Source of the DNA: the human T2T-CHM13v2.0 reference genome, Homo sapiens
Length of the DNA stretch: 64,000 nucleotides
Assembly: GCF_009914755.1 (NCBI RefSeq)
Contig: NC_060925.1
Direction: 5' to 3' (one strand)
Shown: positions 1 through 11,400 of the stretch, in pieces
How positions within the stretch are numbered: position 1 is the stretch's first letter
Layout: the number at the start of each line of letters is the position of its first letter
Translations under genes and position numbers: made by a program
Notes under the pieces: model-generated
Databases searched by the model: none
Told to the model about the DNA's origin: nothing
What the model saw: only the letters and a program-made list of their open reading frames with translations

Positions 1-955
1 TTATTCATATTTAAAAAGAGAACTGTATATAATTTCAATGTAATAAATAATTGCTTTCCATGTCTTAAGCTTTTGATTAAGTAAAAGTTCATGGTATTCT
101 TTTCTATCAAAAAAAAAATTTTCCCAAGCTGTATTCTTACTGTTTTAACAGTGTTGGTAATGGTTATATTTCTAGTTCCTTAACATGACTGTTAAACTCA
201 TTCTGCAGATACTCTACCTTGATTCTTTTGTTCCCAAAGTTAATTAACTATGATATCTTAATCTTTTGTTGTTAGGTTTTATTTTCAAACTTTTAACCTA
301 TGAATTATTTAGTACCAACATCCCCGTATCTTTTTAACTTTGAAATATCTAACTAAAACCAGTTCCTTAATTCTAATATTTCCCATGGAAAATTCATCAT
401 GACAGTTGTATTTTACCCTGAATACAAAAGACTCCAGCTCACATTTATACATGTTCACTTTTAGGCCACAAGACCTCTTTTACTTTATGATATTTTATTC
501 AATTTGTCATTTTTTTTTTCAGGAGAATAGTATACTTATTGAATTCTTATTGTTCATTTTGACAACTTTTACAAGAGAGTAAGAAATATAGTGAATGTTG
601 ATTATACCATCATTTATCATTTTCATTACTTTCTTGTGGATCTCACCCATAATTCAGACTCTCTTTCCAAACTAAAATATACTTTAAATATATCAAAACT
701 CATTTATTTAATTATAATAAAAATATGATTTATATTTTGTAAATAAAATAGAGAATGTAAAATATTTACCTTCAATTTTATGGCCTTTCTATGAAAAATT
801 AAAATTTAATAAAGCTACTTATTAGATCCTTTTAGATCTAATGATAGGATCTAATAAACATTAATGAAATGCATTTTCCTCTGAGTTGTATCCCTATTAG
901 TATGGATTGATTAAAATATTCCTATGGCTGAGCTTTAATTTAGTCACAGAAGCTC

Positions 956-1041
956 ACTACAACTACTAAAACAGCTACAACAGCTACTACAACAGCTACA
1001 ACTACTACAACTGCTACAACTACTACAACTGCTACAACAGC
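956..1041. repeat. Degenerate 9-bp minisatellite (CTACAACTA/CTACAACAG/CTACAACTG), ~9 copies
   Basis: Periodicity directly visible: actacaactactaaaacagctacaacagct...ctacaactgctacaacagc. Confidence 0.9.
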
Positions 1042-1049
1042 AAATCCTT

Positions 1050-1213
1050 AATTGTTTTTTTCTTAGGGAGATTCTACTAATTTGACTGAAAAATAGATCC
1101 CACAGGCAAATACGTTTGGCAAATGCTGCCTGTTCTGCAGCTCCCTCTAGGAGATTTATAACGTGTATTTGAACAGCCCAGGCTCTAAGACATTCTGGAG
1201 TATAGAAACTTGT
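1050..1213. mobile_element. hAT-Charlie DNA transposon relic (MER112-like), left part, split by the L1
   Basis: gtttggcaaatgctg...ccctctaggagatt...ggctctaagacattctggagtatagaaacttgt resembles the recalled consensus and continues at 3546. Confidence 0.55.
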
Positions 1214-1214
1214 C

Positions 1215-3536
1215 TCATGCTAAAAACTCTCAATAAATTAGGTATTGATGGGACGTATCTCAAAATAATAAGAGCTATCTATGACAAACCCACACCCAAT
1301 ATCATACTGAATGGGCAAAAACTGGAAGCATTCCCTTTGAAAGCTGGCACAAGACAGGTATGCCCTCTCTCACCACTCCTATTCAACATAGTGTTGGAAG
1401 TTCTGGCCAGGGCAATTAGGCAGGAGAAGGAAGTAAAGGGTATTCAATTAGGAAAAGAAGAAGTCAAATTGTCCCTGTTTGCAGATGACATGATTGCATA
1501 TCTAGAAAACCCCACTGTCGCAGCCCAAAATCTCCTTACGCTGATAAGCAACTTCAGCAAAGTCTCAGGATACAAAATCAATGTACAAAAATCACAAGCA
1601 TTCTTATACACCAATAACAGACAAACAGAGAGCCAAATCATGAGTGAACTCCCATTCACAAATGCTTCAAAGAGAATAAAATACTTAGGAATCCAACTTA
1701 CAAGGGACGTGAAGGACCTCTTCAAGGAGAACTACAAACCACTGCTCAAGGAAATAAAAGAGGATACAAACAAATGGAAGAACATTCCATGCTCATGGGT
1801 AGGAAGAACGAATATCATGAAAATGGCCATACTGCCCAAGGTAATTTATAGATCCAATGCCATCCCCATCAAGCTACCAATGACTTTCTTCACAGAATTG
1901 GAAAAAACTACTTTAAAGTTCATATGGAACCAAAAAAGAGCCCACATCGCCAAGTCAATCCTAAGCCAAAAGAACAAAGCTGGAGGCATCATGCTACCTG
2001 ACTTCAAACTATACTACAAGGCTACAGAAACCAAAACAGCATGGTACTGGTACCAAAACAGAGATATAGACCAATGGAACAGAACAGAGCCCTCAGAAAT
2101 AACGCCGCATATCTACAACTATCTGATCTTTGACAAACCTGAGGAAAACAAGCAATGGTGCTTTAATAAATGGTGCTGGGAGAACTGGCTAGCCATATGT
2201 AGAAAGCTGAAACTGGATCCCTTCCTTACACCTTCTACAAAAATTAATTCAAGATGGATTAAAGACTTCAACGTTAGACCTAAAACCATAAAAACCCTAG
2301 AAGAAAACCTAGGCATTACCATTCAGGACATAGGCATGGGCAAGGACTTCATGTCTAAAACACCAAAAGCAATGGCAACAAAAGCCAAAATTGACAAATG
2401 GGATCTAATTAAACTAAAGAGCTTCTGCACAGCAAAAGAAACTACCATCAGACTGAACAGGCAACCTACAAAATGGGAGAACATTTTTGCAACCTACTCA
2501 TATGACAAAGGGCTAATATCCAGAATCTACAATGAACTCAAACAAATCTACAAGAAAAAAACAAATGACCCCATCAAAAAGTGGGTGAAGGATATGAACA
2601 GACACTTCTCAAAAGAAGACATTTATGCAGCCAAAAGACACATGAAAAAATGCTCATCATCACTGGTCATCAGAGAAATGCAAATCAAAACCACAATGAG
2701 ATACCATCTCACACCAGTTAGAATGGCAATCATTAAAAAGTCAGGAAACAACAGGTGCTGGAGAGGATGTGGAGAAATAGGAACACTTTTACACTGTTGA
2801 TGGGACTGTAAACTAGTTCAACCATTGGGGAAGTCAGTGTGGTGATTCCTCAGGGATCTAGAACTGGAAATACCATTTGACCCAACCATCCCATGACTGG
2901 GTATATACCCAAAGGACTATAAATCATGCTTCTATAAAGACACATGCACACGTATGTTTATTGCGGCAGTATTCACAATAGCAAAGACTTGGAACCAACC
3001 CAAATGTCCAACAATGATAGACTGGATTAAGAAAATGTGGCACATATACAGCATGGAATACTATGCAGCCATAAAAAATGATGAGTTCATGTCCTTTCTA
3101 GGGACATGGATGAAATTGGAAATCATCATTCTCAGTAAACTATCGCAAGGACAAAAAAACCAAACACCACATGTTCTCACTCATAGATGGGAATTGAACA
3201 TTGAGAACAGATGGACACAGGAAGGGGAACATCACACTCTGGGGACTGTTGTGGGGTGGGGGGGAGGGGGAGGGATAGCATTAGGAGATATACCTAATGC
3301 TAAATGACGTGTTAATGGGTGCAGCACACCAGCATGGCACATGTATACATATGTAACTAACTGGCACATTATGCACATGTACCCTAAAACTTAAAGTATA
3401 ATAATAATAAAAAAATAAAAATAAATTAAAAAAACCAAAATCACTGAATATCTTATTGGTTATTTTAAATATTCCATTTGAAAACTTTAAAATTGTGGAT
3501 ATTTAAATAAAAGATTTTTAAATGAAAAAAAAAAAA
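1215..3536 (+). mobile_element. 5'-truncated LINE-1 (L1PA3-like) with 3' transduction; TSD AGAAACTTGT at 1204-1213 and 3536-3545
   Basis: ORF2 RT/C-terminal sequence, L1PA3-type 3'UTR (ttaggagatatacctaatgctaaatgac...cttaaagtataataataataa), first A tail to 3434, ~90 bp unique sequence, second poly(A) at 3525-3536, then TSD. Confidence 0.95.
1218..3307 (+). pseudogene. Disrupted L1 ORF2p fragment (RT domain to C-terminus)
   Basis: Translation has the [10 protein letters not shown] motif and [14 protein letters not shown]; in-frame 12-nt deletion near 2160, premature TGA at 2798-2800, frameshift near 3160; no endonuclease domain. Confidence 0.95.
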
Positions 3537-3545
3537 GAAACTTGT

Positions 3546-3660
3546 TTTGTTTTGTTTAACACACCAATCTGAATTTGAACATAGAACACTGCTTTTATAC
3601 TCCACCATGCCAACACGGTGAACTAACAGTCCATCAGACACATGTACTGAGAACCTGAAT
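3546..3660. mobile_element. MER112-like relic, right part
   Basis: tttgttttgtttaacacacc...tttgaacatagaac continues the consensus interrupted at 1213. Confidence 0.5.
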
Positions 3661-5149
3661 ACCTCATTTCCTGCATGCATGCTATGTGATTTAGAGAGAC
3701 TTAATTTTCAGAGGAATTGTTTTAAACAACGTGATGGGGTGTTTTTCAGAAAATAGTCTCAAATATGTTATAACACTGTGATATGAAGGACTGTGGTAAA
3801 CAGTAAATAAATTTGAATAATGAAATCTCTATGCTTTTTAGAGAAATAATGTTAGAGATTGAAGATGTGACTAGTAATCCTTTCTATAATACATTGGGAA
3901 GTCTTTCGTCATTTGTCCCTAAGCTTTATGGGTAAACAGTGGCACAAATCTTTCCACTTGGCTACAAGAAGAATGACATTTTTCTAGTGGCCATGTGTCT
4001 TGTCTAGTTCTGAAAGGAGTGTTTTTCAGGGAACATGAAATTGAAGGTTTCACAAAATTGAGAAACTGCAGATTAACAGTTGTGTGAAGTGCTAAACTGA
4101 CAAAAATCTCATTTAGGAAAAGTAGATAATAATAATAATTGCTACCATTTCCTCAGTGTTAACCATGTGCTAGACAGTGTCCCAACCAGGTACTAGTCAA
4201 GGAAAAAAGGAGAAACTTTCATTTGAGTTGACATTGATAAAATACCACACTGTGTTTGCTTCATGCCCTCTGAAACATGGCCCTTATTTGTAACTAGCGC
4301 TTCAAAATAATAACCTTACCTTAAATAAAATTAAAAATATTATGTAACTCAGTACCCATCACCGTTTGAAGATATAATGATTGGGGTGAGGGGGAGAAGC
4401 ATTCATAACTTTTAAACCAATTTTTTTTCTGCCTTAGACAATTCTTCCATTTACTTCAAACCACACATTATGTAGCTTTGATATATTGCTTTTTTTTTAA
4501 GAGAAAAAATATCCAGTGTCACAGTGGCATTATAGGAACTAAAGAGGATTTATCTTTTTTTCTCTCTGCCAAGAACTGAGTTTGAAGTCTACAACCATCT
4601 TAAACTAATAACTAAAAGAAGATTCCTCTAGGATATCTCATTATTCCTTCCATCTTCTCCTATTTGTATCACTAACCATTTGTTATATTTGTTCATTGCT
4701 AATGGGATTTCTTTCAGAAAATTTTCTGAAATAGAGTTGTTCTAAAATACTACAATTTTTATTATTTTCAGCTATTTTAAAGTTTTTTGAAACTTCACCA
4801 CATCAGTCATAAGGGGCTGAAGTCTTATTTCTGGTACACATCTATCTGCGTGAGACCACAGTTCCAATATTCTGAAAAAAAATCTGCCTTTCTGGTCTTA
4901 AATTAATATGCTAAATATTATTGAGTTTACTTTGAATGATGTTCTTAATGTCAGATGAAGAATAATAGGCTCCTTTCACATTAAACATTAAACCTTAAGT
5001 CTAGATTTGTAGCTATACAAACCATCAATTGGCCACTTTAACCAGAAGATAAACATTAATTAAGAAGTTGATGGTCTACTCCTAAGACCTGAGCATGGTC
5101 TCAGTTATAACCTGACCTCACCACTTTTTAATGGGGTTGCCAGAGACAG

Positions 5150-5280
5150 TCATTTATTGTCTGTCAGTTTCTGTTCTCTTATCTGGAAAATGAAGCTGTT
5201 ACTTGCCATGTATATTTGAGAGTTGATGTGAAGGTTGATTTGACACGGCTTTGTGAACTCTCAGCGCTTTGTTAACTCAA
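5150..5280 (+). mobile_element. MIR fragment
   Basis: Core-like tctgttctcttatctggaaaatg...gttgatgtgaagg. Confidence 0.4.
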
Positions 5281-5995
5281 AAGAAGTTTACACAAAGGTA
5301 TTGGCTATAATGAATGGCCATCTTTCTTCAAATAATGATTTTTAAACATAACAGTAGTATGAAGTGCCAGAGGACTTTATAAAGTTTTAGTCCCAAGGAC
5401 TCTAACGCAGCTCCAGCAGAAGGTCCAAATACTTCATATGGTCTATAAAAAGAAAAAAAAATCCTAGATTTTCTTGAAATAAACAAAAGCAATAGGCAAG
5501 TTCAAACATTATCAATAATTTACATGAATTTTCTTAGGATATATGTCTTTAATGTTAAAATAAAAGTTTCAAACATCTCAATCTGCATAGAATTGAGAAG
5601 CATATAGCAAACTATCTTTACCTTAAGTCAAAACCACAAAAACTTCCATCTGTTGGATATCATCCATGATTACGCTCTTTCCTATAATTTCTGATATAGG
5701 GTTCCAGAAATTTGGGAATATCAACTGGAAATGAGCACTATGTAAAATGCTACTACTCTGGACAGCTTTTGTCATTCTATGAAAGACTCCTTTTGAAAAA
5801 AAAACTAAAATACATTTTTCTCCAAGGTGATTTAACTTAAATAAGAAAAGGTGACTATTAGAGGGAAGACCATAAAAAATTGTTCCGGAGAATTGTGTTT
5901 TCATTAGTTGTAGTCTTTAAAAACTTGTAAAGATTCTCAATAACTTAGGTGATTTCCAGTTGTATTTTTTAAATTTATCTATACAGTTTAGATAG

Positions 5996-6394
5996 AATAT
6001 TTGTCTGCTCCAGCTGCCATAATAAAATATTATAGACTGGGTCACCTAAACAATAGAAATTTATTTTCTCAATGCTCTGGAGGCTGAAACTCCAAGATCA
6101 GGGTATCGACATGGTTGATTTCTGGTGAGGACTCTCTTTCTGTCTTGTAGGCAGCCACCTTATCCCTCTGTGTTCACATGATTTCTTTTATGTGCACACA
6201 TTGAGAGAGAGAAAGAGTATGCTCTTGGTGTCTCTTCTCACCAGGACACTAATCCTATCAGATCAAGGCTTCACCTTTATGACCTCAATTAACCTAATTA
6301 CTTCTTGGAGGCCAGGTTCCTAAATACAGTCACACTGTGGGCTAGGGTTTTGACATGTAAATTTGGATAGAAGACAAACATTCAGTTCATAACA
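5996..6394 (-). mobile_element. MLT1A-family solo LTR (ERVL-MaLR)
   Basis: gctgccataataaaatattatagactggg...ctggaggctg...ctggtgagg...cattcagttcataaca is the reverse complement of an MLT1A-type LTR. Confidence 0.85.
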
Positions 6395-7717
6395 GATGTA
6401 CATTCAACACTACACTCTACTTTTTATTTTCATCTTAACATGTTTCATTTGGCTTTCTATTCATCTAGGCCATCAATCAATCTACCATATTCTAGGCATT
6501 TTGCTAGCTCCTAGGGACAAAAACAAAAAACCAAGTCATGAATCGTTAAGAAATCCATCTTCAATGATAATGACTTGTACACAAAGCTGAAAGCTATGAA
6601 AATTCTCTCCCTTGAATTGAAAATTGAAAACATAATTCATCACATAGGTATATTCTATGATGAGACAGAATTAAATCATCCACAGTGGGGTTTATAAAAT
6701 TAATGCAGACTTATACTTCTATCCAGGATAGAGTAATACAGTCTCCTGCCTGAAACAAACAAAAATCAAGGAAAATATATCAAACAATGGTTTGACAGGC
6801 AATACAAGACAGTGATCCCAGAGAAATGGGAAAAAAGTCAGGTGAGCCTAAGATTTCCCACTGTATTGCTTCAAGAGAATGTCCACATCATGCACAGGGA
6901 GGAAAAACTCAGGCAGAACCTGGTAGACTGTCTGGATTCTATCGATGCAGCTGAGAATCTGGAAAGGACAAGGTAGCTAGAGATCACAGAACAAACTACT
7001 GAGGGAGAGACTGCTGCAGAGAGCAAGAAGGCCAGAGAATTACAGAAGATTTCCCTTGTGTATTCAGCAGAATACTGATTAGCTCATGTGTGTGAGGAAA
7101 TTATCCAATGTTGGAGAAAAACAATCCAAAAGGATTACATGGAATATCCAATGCTCACGGGGGGTGTTGAAAATAGCCCCTGTTTCTGTCAGGCAAACTA
7201 GAAAACCTCATAATTCACAGGGCATCATACAGGATAGTCAGGAGTGTGCACATAGAATACTCAGTAGTGGACATAATTAGCTCTACGTATTAGGTGGGAC
7301 ATAGCTCTGAAGTAATCTAACAAATTTTGAAAGTGAAACCCTAGAGTATTGAACAGTTTCCAAATAATTTAACTGTATCCTAAAACAATACTCAAGAATA
7401 TTTATAGGAATTCAGAAATATTCAGCACTCAAAATTGTACAATTGTACAATGACTGCAATCCAGTGAAATGTTGCCAGGTATGCAAAGCAAGAAAACATG
7501 ACCTTCTATGATGAGGAGAAAATCAATCAATCAAATGACTCAGAACAGACACAGTTGCTCAAATTAGTAGACAATGAAATTAAGTCATTATACTATATTC
7601 CACATGTTAAAAAATTTAGGTAGAGAATAAATGATATTTTAAAAGATCTAAATCAAACTTCTACAGAAAATTATTAAAATGAATGAGAGAAAAAATAAAC
7701 CAGATGAGATTAATGAC

Positions 7718-8083
7718 TGCTATGGTTTGAATGTATCCCTTAAATTCATGTGTTAGAAACTTAATTTCCAATGCAACAATGTGGAGACGTGGGACTTTTA
7801 AGAGGTGTCTAGATCACTTTTTAATGAATAGATTAATGTCATTATTGCAAGAGTGGGCTTCTGATAATAAGGATGAGTTTGGCCCCCTACCTCTGTTTTA
7901 TGCACACTCTCTTGTTCTTTCACCATCTGCCATGGGATGATGCATCAACAAAGCCATCATCAGATGCTGGCATCTTGATGTTGGACTTCCCATCCTCCAG
8001 AACCATGAGAAATAAATTTATTTTCTTTATAATTTCTCAGTCTGCGTTATTCTGTTATGGCAACACTAAGTAGATTAAGGTCA
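7718..8083 (+). mobile_element. MST-family solo LTR (ERVL-MaLR) inside the old L1
   Basis: Starts tgctatggtttgaatgt; contains ttggacttcccatcctccagaaccatgagaaataaattt. Confidence 0.85.
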
Positions 8084-8355
8084 TTTCAGATTAAACATTG
8101 ACTAGAGAAAGAGTAATAAGCCTGGTGTAACAATAGAATCTATCCAAATGAAACACACGGAGGAAAAAAAATAGCTTAAAACAATGAAAAGAGGGTCAAT
8201 GAGCTGTAGAACAATTTCATATAGCCTAATTTTGCATAATCGTAAATTCTGAAGGAAGGAGGTTAAAGAAATAATGGCCTAAAATATTTTGATTTCAAAA
8301 ATTAGAAAACCCATATATCCAAGAAGCCCAATGAACTTCAAGAACACACACAGAA

Positions 8356-8357
<2 letters not shown>

Positions 8358-8397
<40 letters not shown>
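8358..8397. repeat. (AC)20 microsatellite
   Basis: Directly visible. Confidence 0.98.
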
Positions 8398-8400
<3 letters not shown>

Positions 8401-11400
8401 AAAGGAAACTACACTAAGATATATCTATAATCTAATTTGTCAAAAACAGTGATAACAAGAAAACCTTAAAAGTAAAGAGGCAAAGAGGACATACTATCTA
8501 CAGAGGATGACTTAAGATTTATCTTCTTGTGGACATGATGTAAATAAGAAAATAGTAAAGAAACATCCTTCAAATATGAAAAGAAAACTATATCAATGTA
8601 GAATTGTATACCAAAAAAATTCTCTTCAAAATAAAGGCAAAATATGGACTTTTTGACATACAAAAGCTGAAAGAATTCATGGCCAGAAGACTAAAACAAG
8701 AAATGTAAAGCAAGTCCTTCAGGAGAAGAAAAATGATTCCAGATAGAAAGTGTATCTATACAAAGGATGTAACCCATATTTCAAAACAGAAATCAAAGAG
8801 AAAGTTAAAATATTTTGAATAGAATTAAAATGAAAATACCAGGTATCAAAATTTGAATGGTGCTAATAAAGCAGTACCTGGTGAGAGGGGTGGATTTATC
8901 GCCTTTAATTTATATATTAGGAGAGAATAGAAGTCCCTAGACTTCTATTAGAATAGAAGAATCAATGAACTGATTCTACCTTTAAAACTAAAGAAAGAAC
9001 AGCAAATCAAAATCAAAGTAAGGGGAAGAAAGAAGAAAAATGAAAGAAATACAACAGAAAACAATAAAGAATATCAATGAAAACAAACTCATTCTTTGAG
9101 AAAAGCAAAAAGTCAACAAATCTTCAGCCAGGCTGACCAAGAAAAATAGAGAGAATCCACAAATTGCTAATGTGTGGATTGAGATAAGTGATGCTACTAC
9201 AGATTCTACAGATATTAAAAGGTCACTAACTAAATATTATTTAAAAATTTTATGCTAATAGATTTGATAACTTAGATAAAATGGCTAGATTTCTTGAAAG
9301 ACACAGTTTACAAACTTACTCTTAGAAAAATAGGTAGTCTAAATAACCCTCCACCTATGAAAGAAACTGAATATGCAGTTATAATCTTTCCATAAAGAAA
9401 ACTCTAGGCCCCAGTGGTTTAATTGGAAAATGCTACAAAATACAGAATAAACAAATTTTATCAGTTATCTAAAAACTCTTCCAGAAAACTGAATGTATAT
9501 AATACTTTCCAGTTTTTTCTATTAGGCCAGCATTATCCTAATAGCAAAACCTGACAAACACATTGTAACGATGCATTGCATGAACAGAGAATCCAAGAAT
9601 TATAAACAACATATTAGCAAAGCAAACGCAATATATTAAAGGGATAATTCATCATAACAAAGTGGGATTTATCCCAGGAATGAAAGATTCATTCAGCATT
9701 CAGAAATCACCATACCAACAAACTAAAATTTTACATCAGATGATCATCTCAATAGAAGCAGAGAAAGCATCTGACAAAATCTAATTATATGCATTATACA
9801 AACTTAAAAAACTAGGAATATAAGGGAACTTCCTAAACCTGAAAAAAGGCATCTATGAAAAACCTGCAGTTACATCATATTTAATAGAAAGGGACTGTGT
9901 TTGTTTTCATATTGTTGAGTATTGAGGGTTCTTTATACATTCTAGAAATGAGTTCTTTTTTTTTCACCCTGTGCATTATGGCAAGAAATAAAGAAATAAA
10001 ATACATCCAGTATAGAAAAGAAATTAAAATTTCTTTATTCAAGGATAACATGATCATCCATAGAGAAAATTTAAAAGACTACAGAAAAGCTAACAGAATT
10101 AATAAATGAGTTTAGCAAGGCTTCAGGGTACAAAATCAATATAAAAATTAATTCTATTTTTATATCTTAGGAATAAATAATCAAAAAATGTTTAAATGTC
10201 ATTTGCCCTAATATAAAATACTTAAACATAAATCGGACAAAATATGTGCAAGATCTGAACAATGAAACTTTCAGAACAGTATAGAGAAATTAAGGAAGGC
10301 CTAAACAAATGAAGTTATATACTGTTTTTATGGGTTAAAAAGACTCTTTATTGTTAAGATGTTAATTTCCCCTAATTTAATTATGTGTGATACCAGTGAA
10401 AAACCCAGCAGGTTGTTCTTTTTGTTGTTGTTGTTGTTGTTTATGTCAAACTTGACATCATCTCATGCTAAAGTTTATATGGGAATTCAAATGAACGAGA
10501 AAAATCCAAACAACTTTGAAAGAGGAATGAACAAAATAGGGGAACTAATACACTCTGATTTTAAGGCTCATTATAAAGCTAAAATAAGTGTAGTACTGGC
10601 TTTAGACAGATAAATAGAACAATGGTGTAAAACAGTGTCCAGAAATAGACCCACATGTATATGGAAATCCTTTTTGGACACAAGTGCAAAAGAAATTCAG
10701 TAGAGAAAGGATAATCATTTCAAAACATATTTCTGCAAATATTGGACATCTATATGTAAAAAGAAGAAAATTGAACTTTGATCACTGCTTTGTAATATCA
10801 TATACAAAACTCAATTCAAAATGGATCATAGATCTAAATGTAAAACCTAAAACCCTAACACTTTCAGAAAAAAAAGAGAAAAAAATTTACTTTGAATTAT
10901 GCACATATTTCTTAGATATGTTATCAAAAGTACATTCCAGAAAAAAAGATAAATTAGTGTTCATAAAAAAAAATCACTATTTCAAAAGTCACTAGTAAAG
11001 AGAATGAAAAGACAAGCCATGGACTGAAAGAAAACATTTGCAAATTATGTATCTGATAAAGAACTCATTTCTAGAATATACTCAAAACTCTCTATGTTCA
11101 ACAAGAAAACAAACAACGCAATATAAATGATTAAAATGTTTGAATAGACCCTTCACCAAAGATATACAGATGAAAAGCCCATGAGATGATGCTCAACCTT
11201 GTTAATCATTAGGGAAATGCAAATTAGAAGCACAATTAGAAATTACTACACAGTCATTAGAATAGCTAAAATTAAAGACTGGCCATGCCAAGTGTTGGTA
11301 AGGATGTAGAGGAACCATGATTCTCTTAAAGCTGGTGCAACTGGAAAATAGTACAATTGCTTCGGAAAATGGTTTTGCAGTTTCTTGCTGCAAACCTACA

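Noticed and set aside
3253-3274. G-quadruplex motif (also ~35603-35625)
   Set aside because: Standard feature of L1PA 3'UTRs
1215-3434. Segmental duplication of the L1 region
   Set aside because: Flanks, 5' breakpoints and TSDs differ between the two copies
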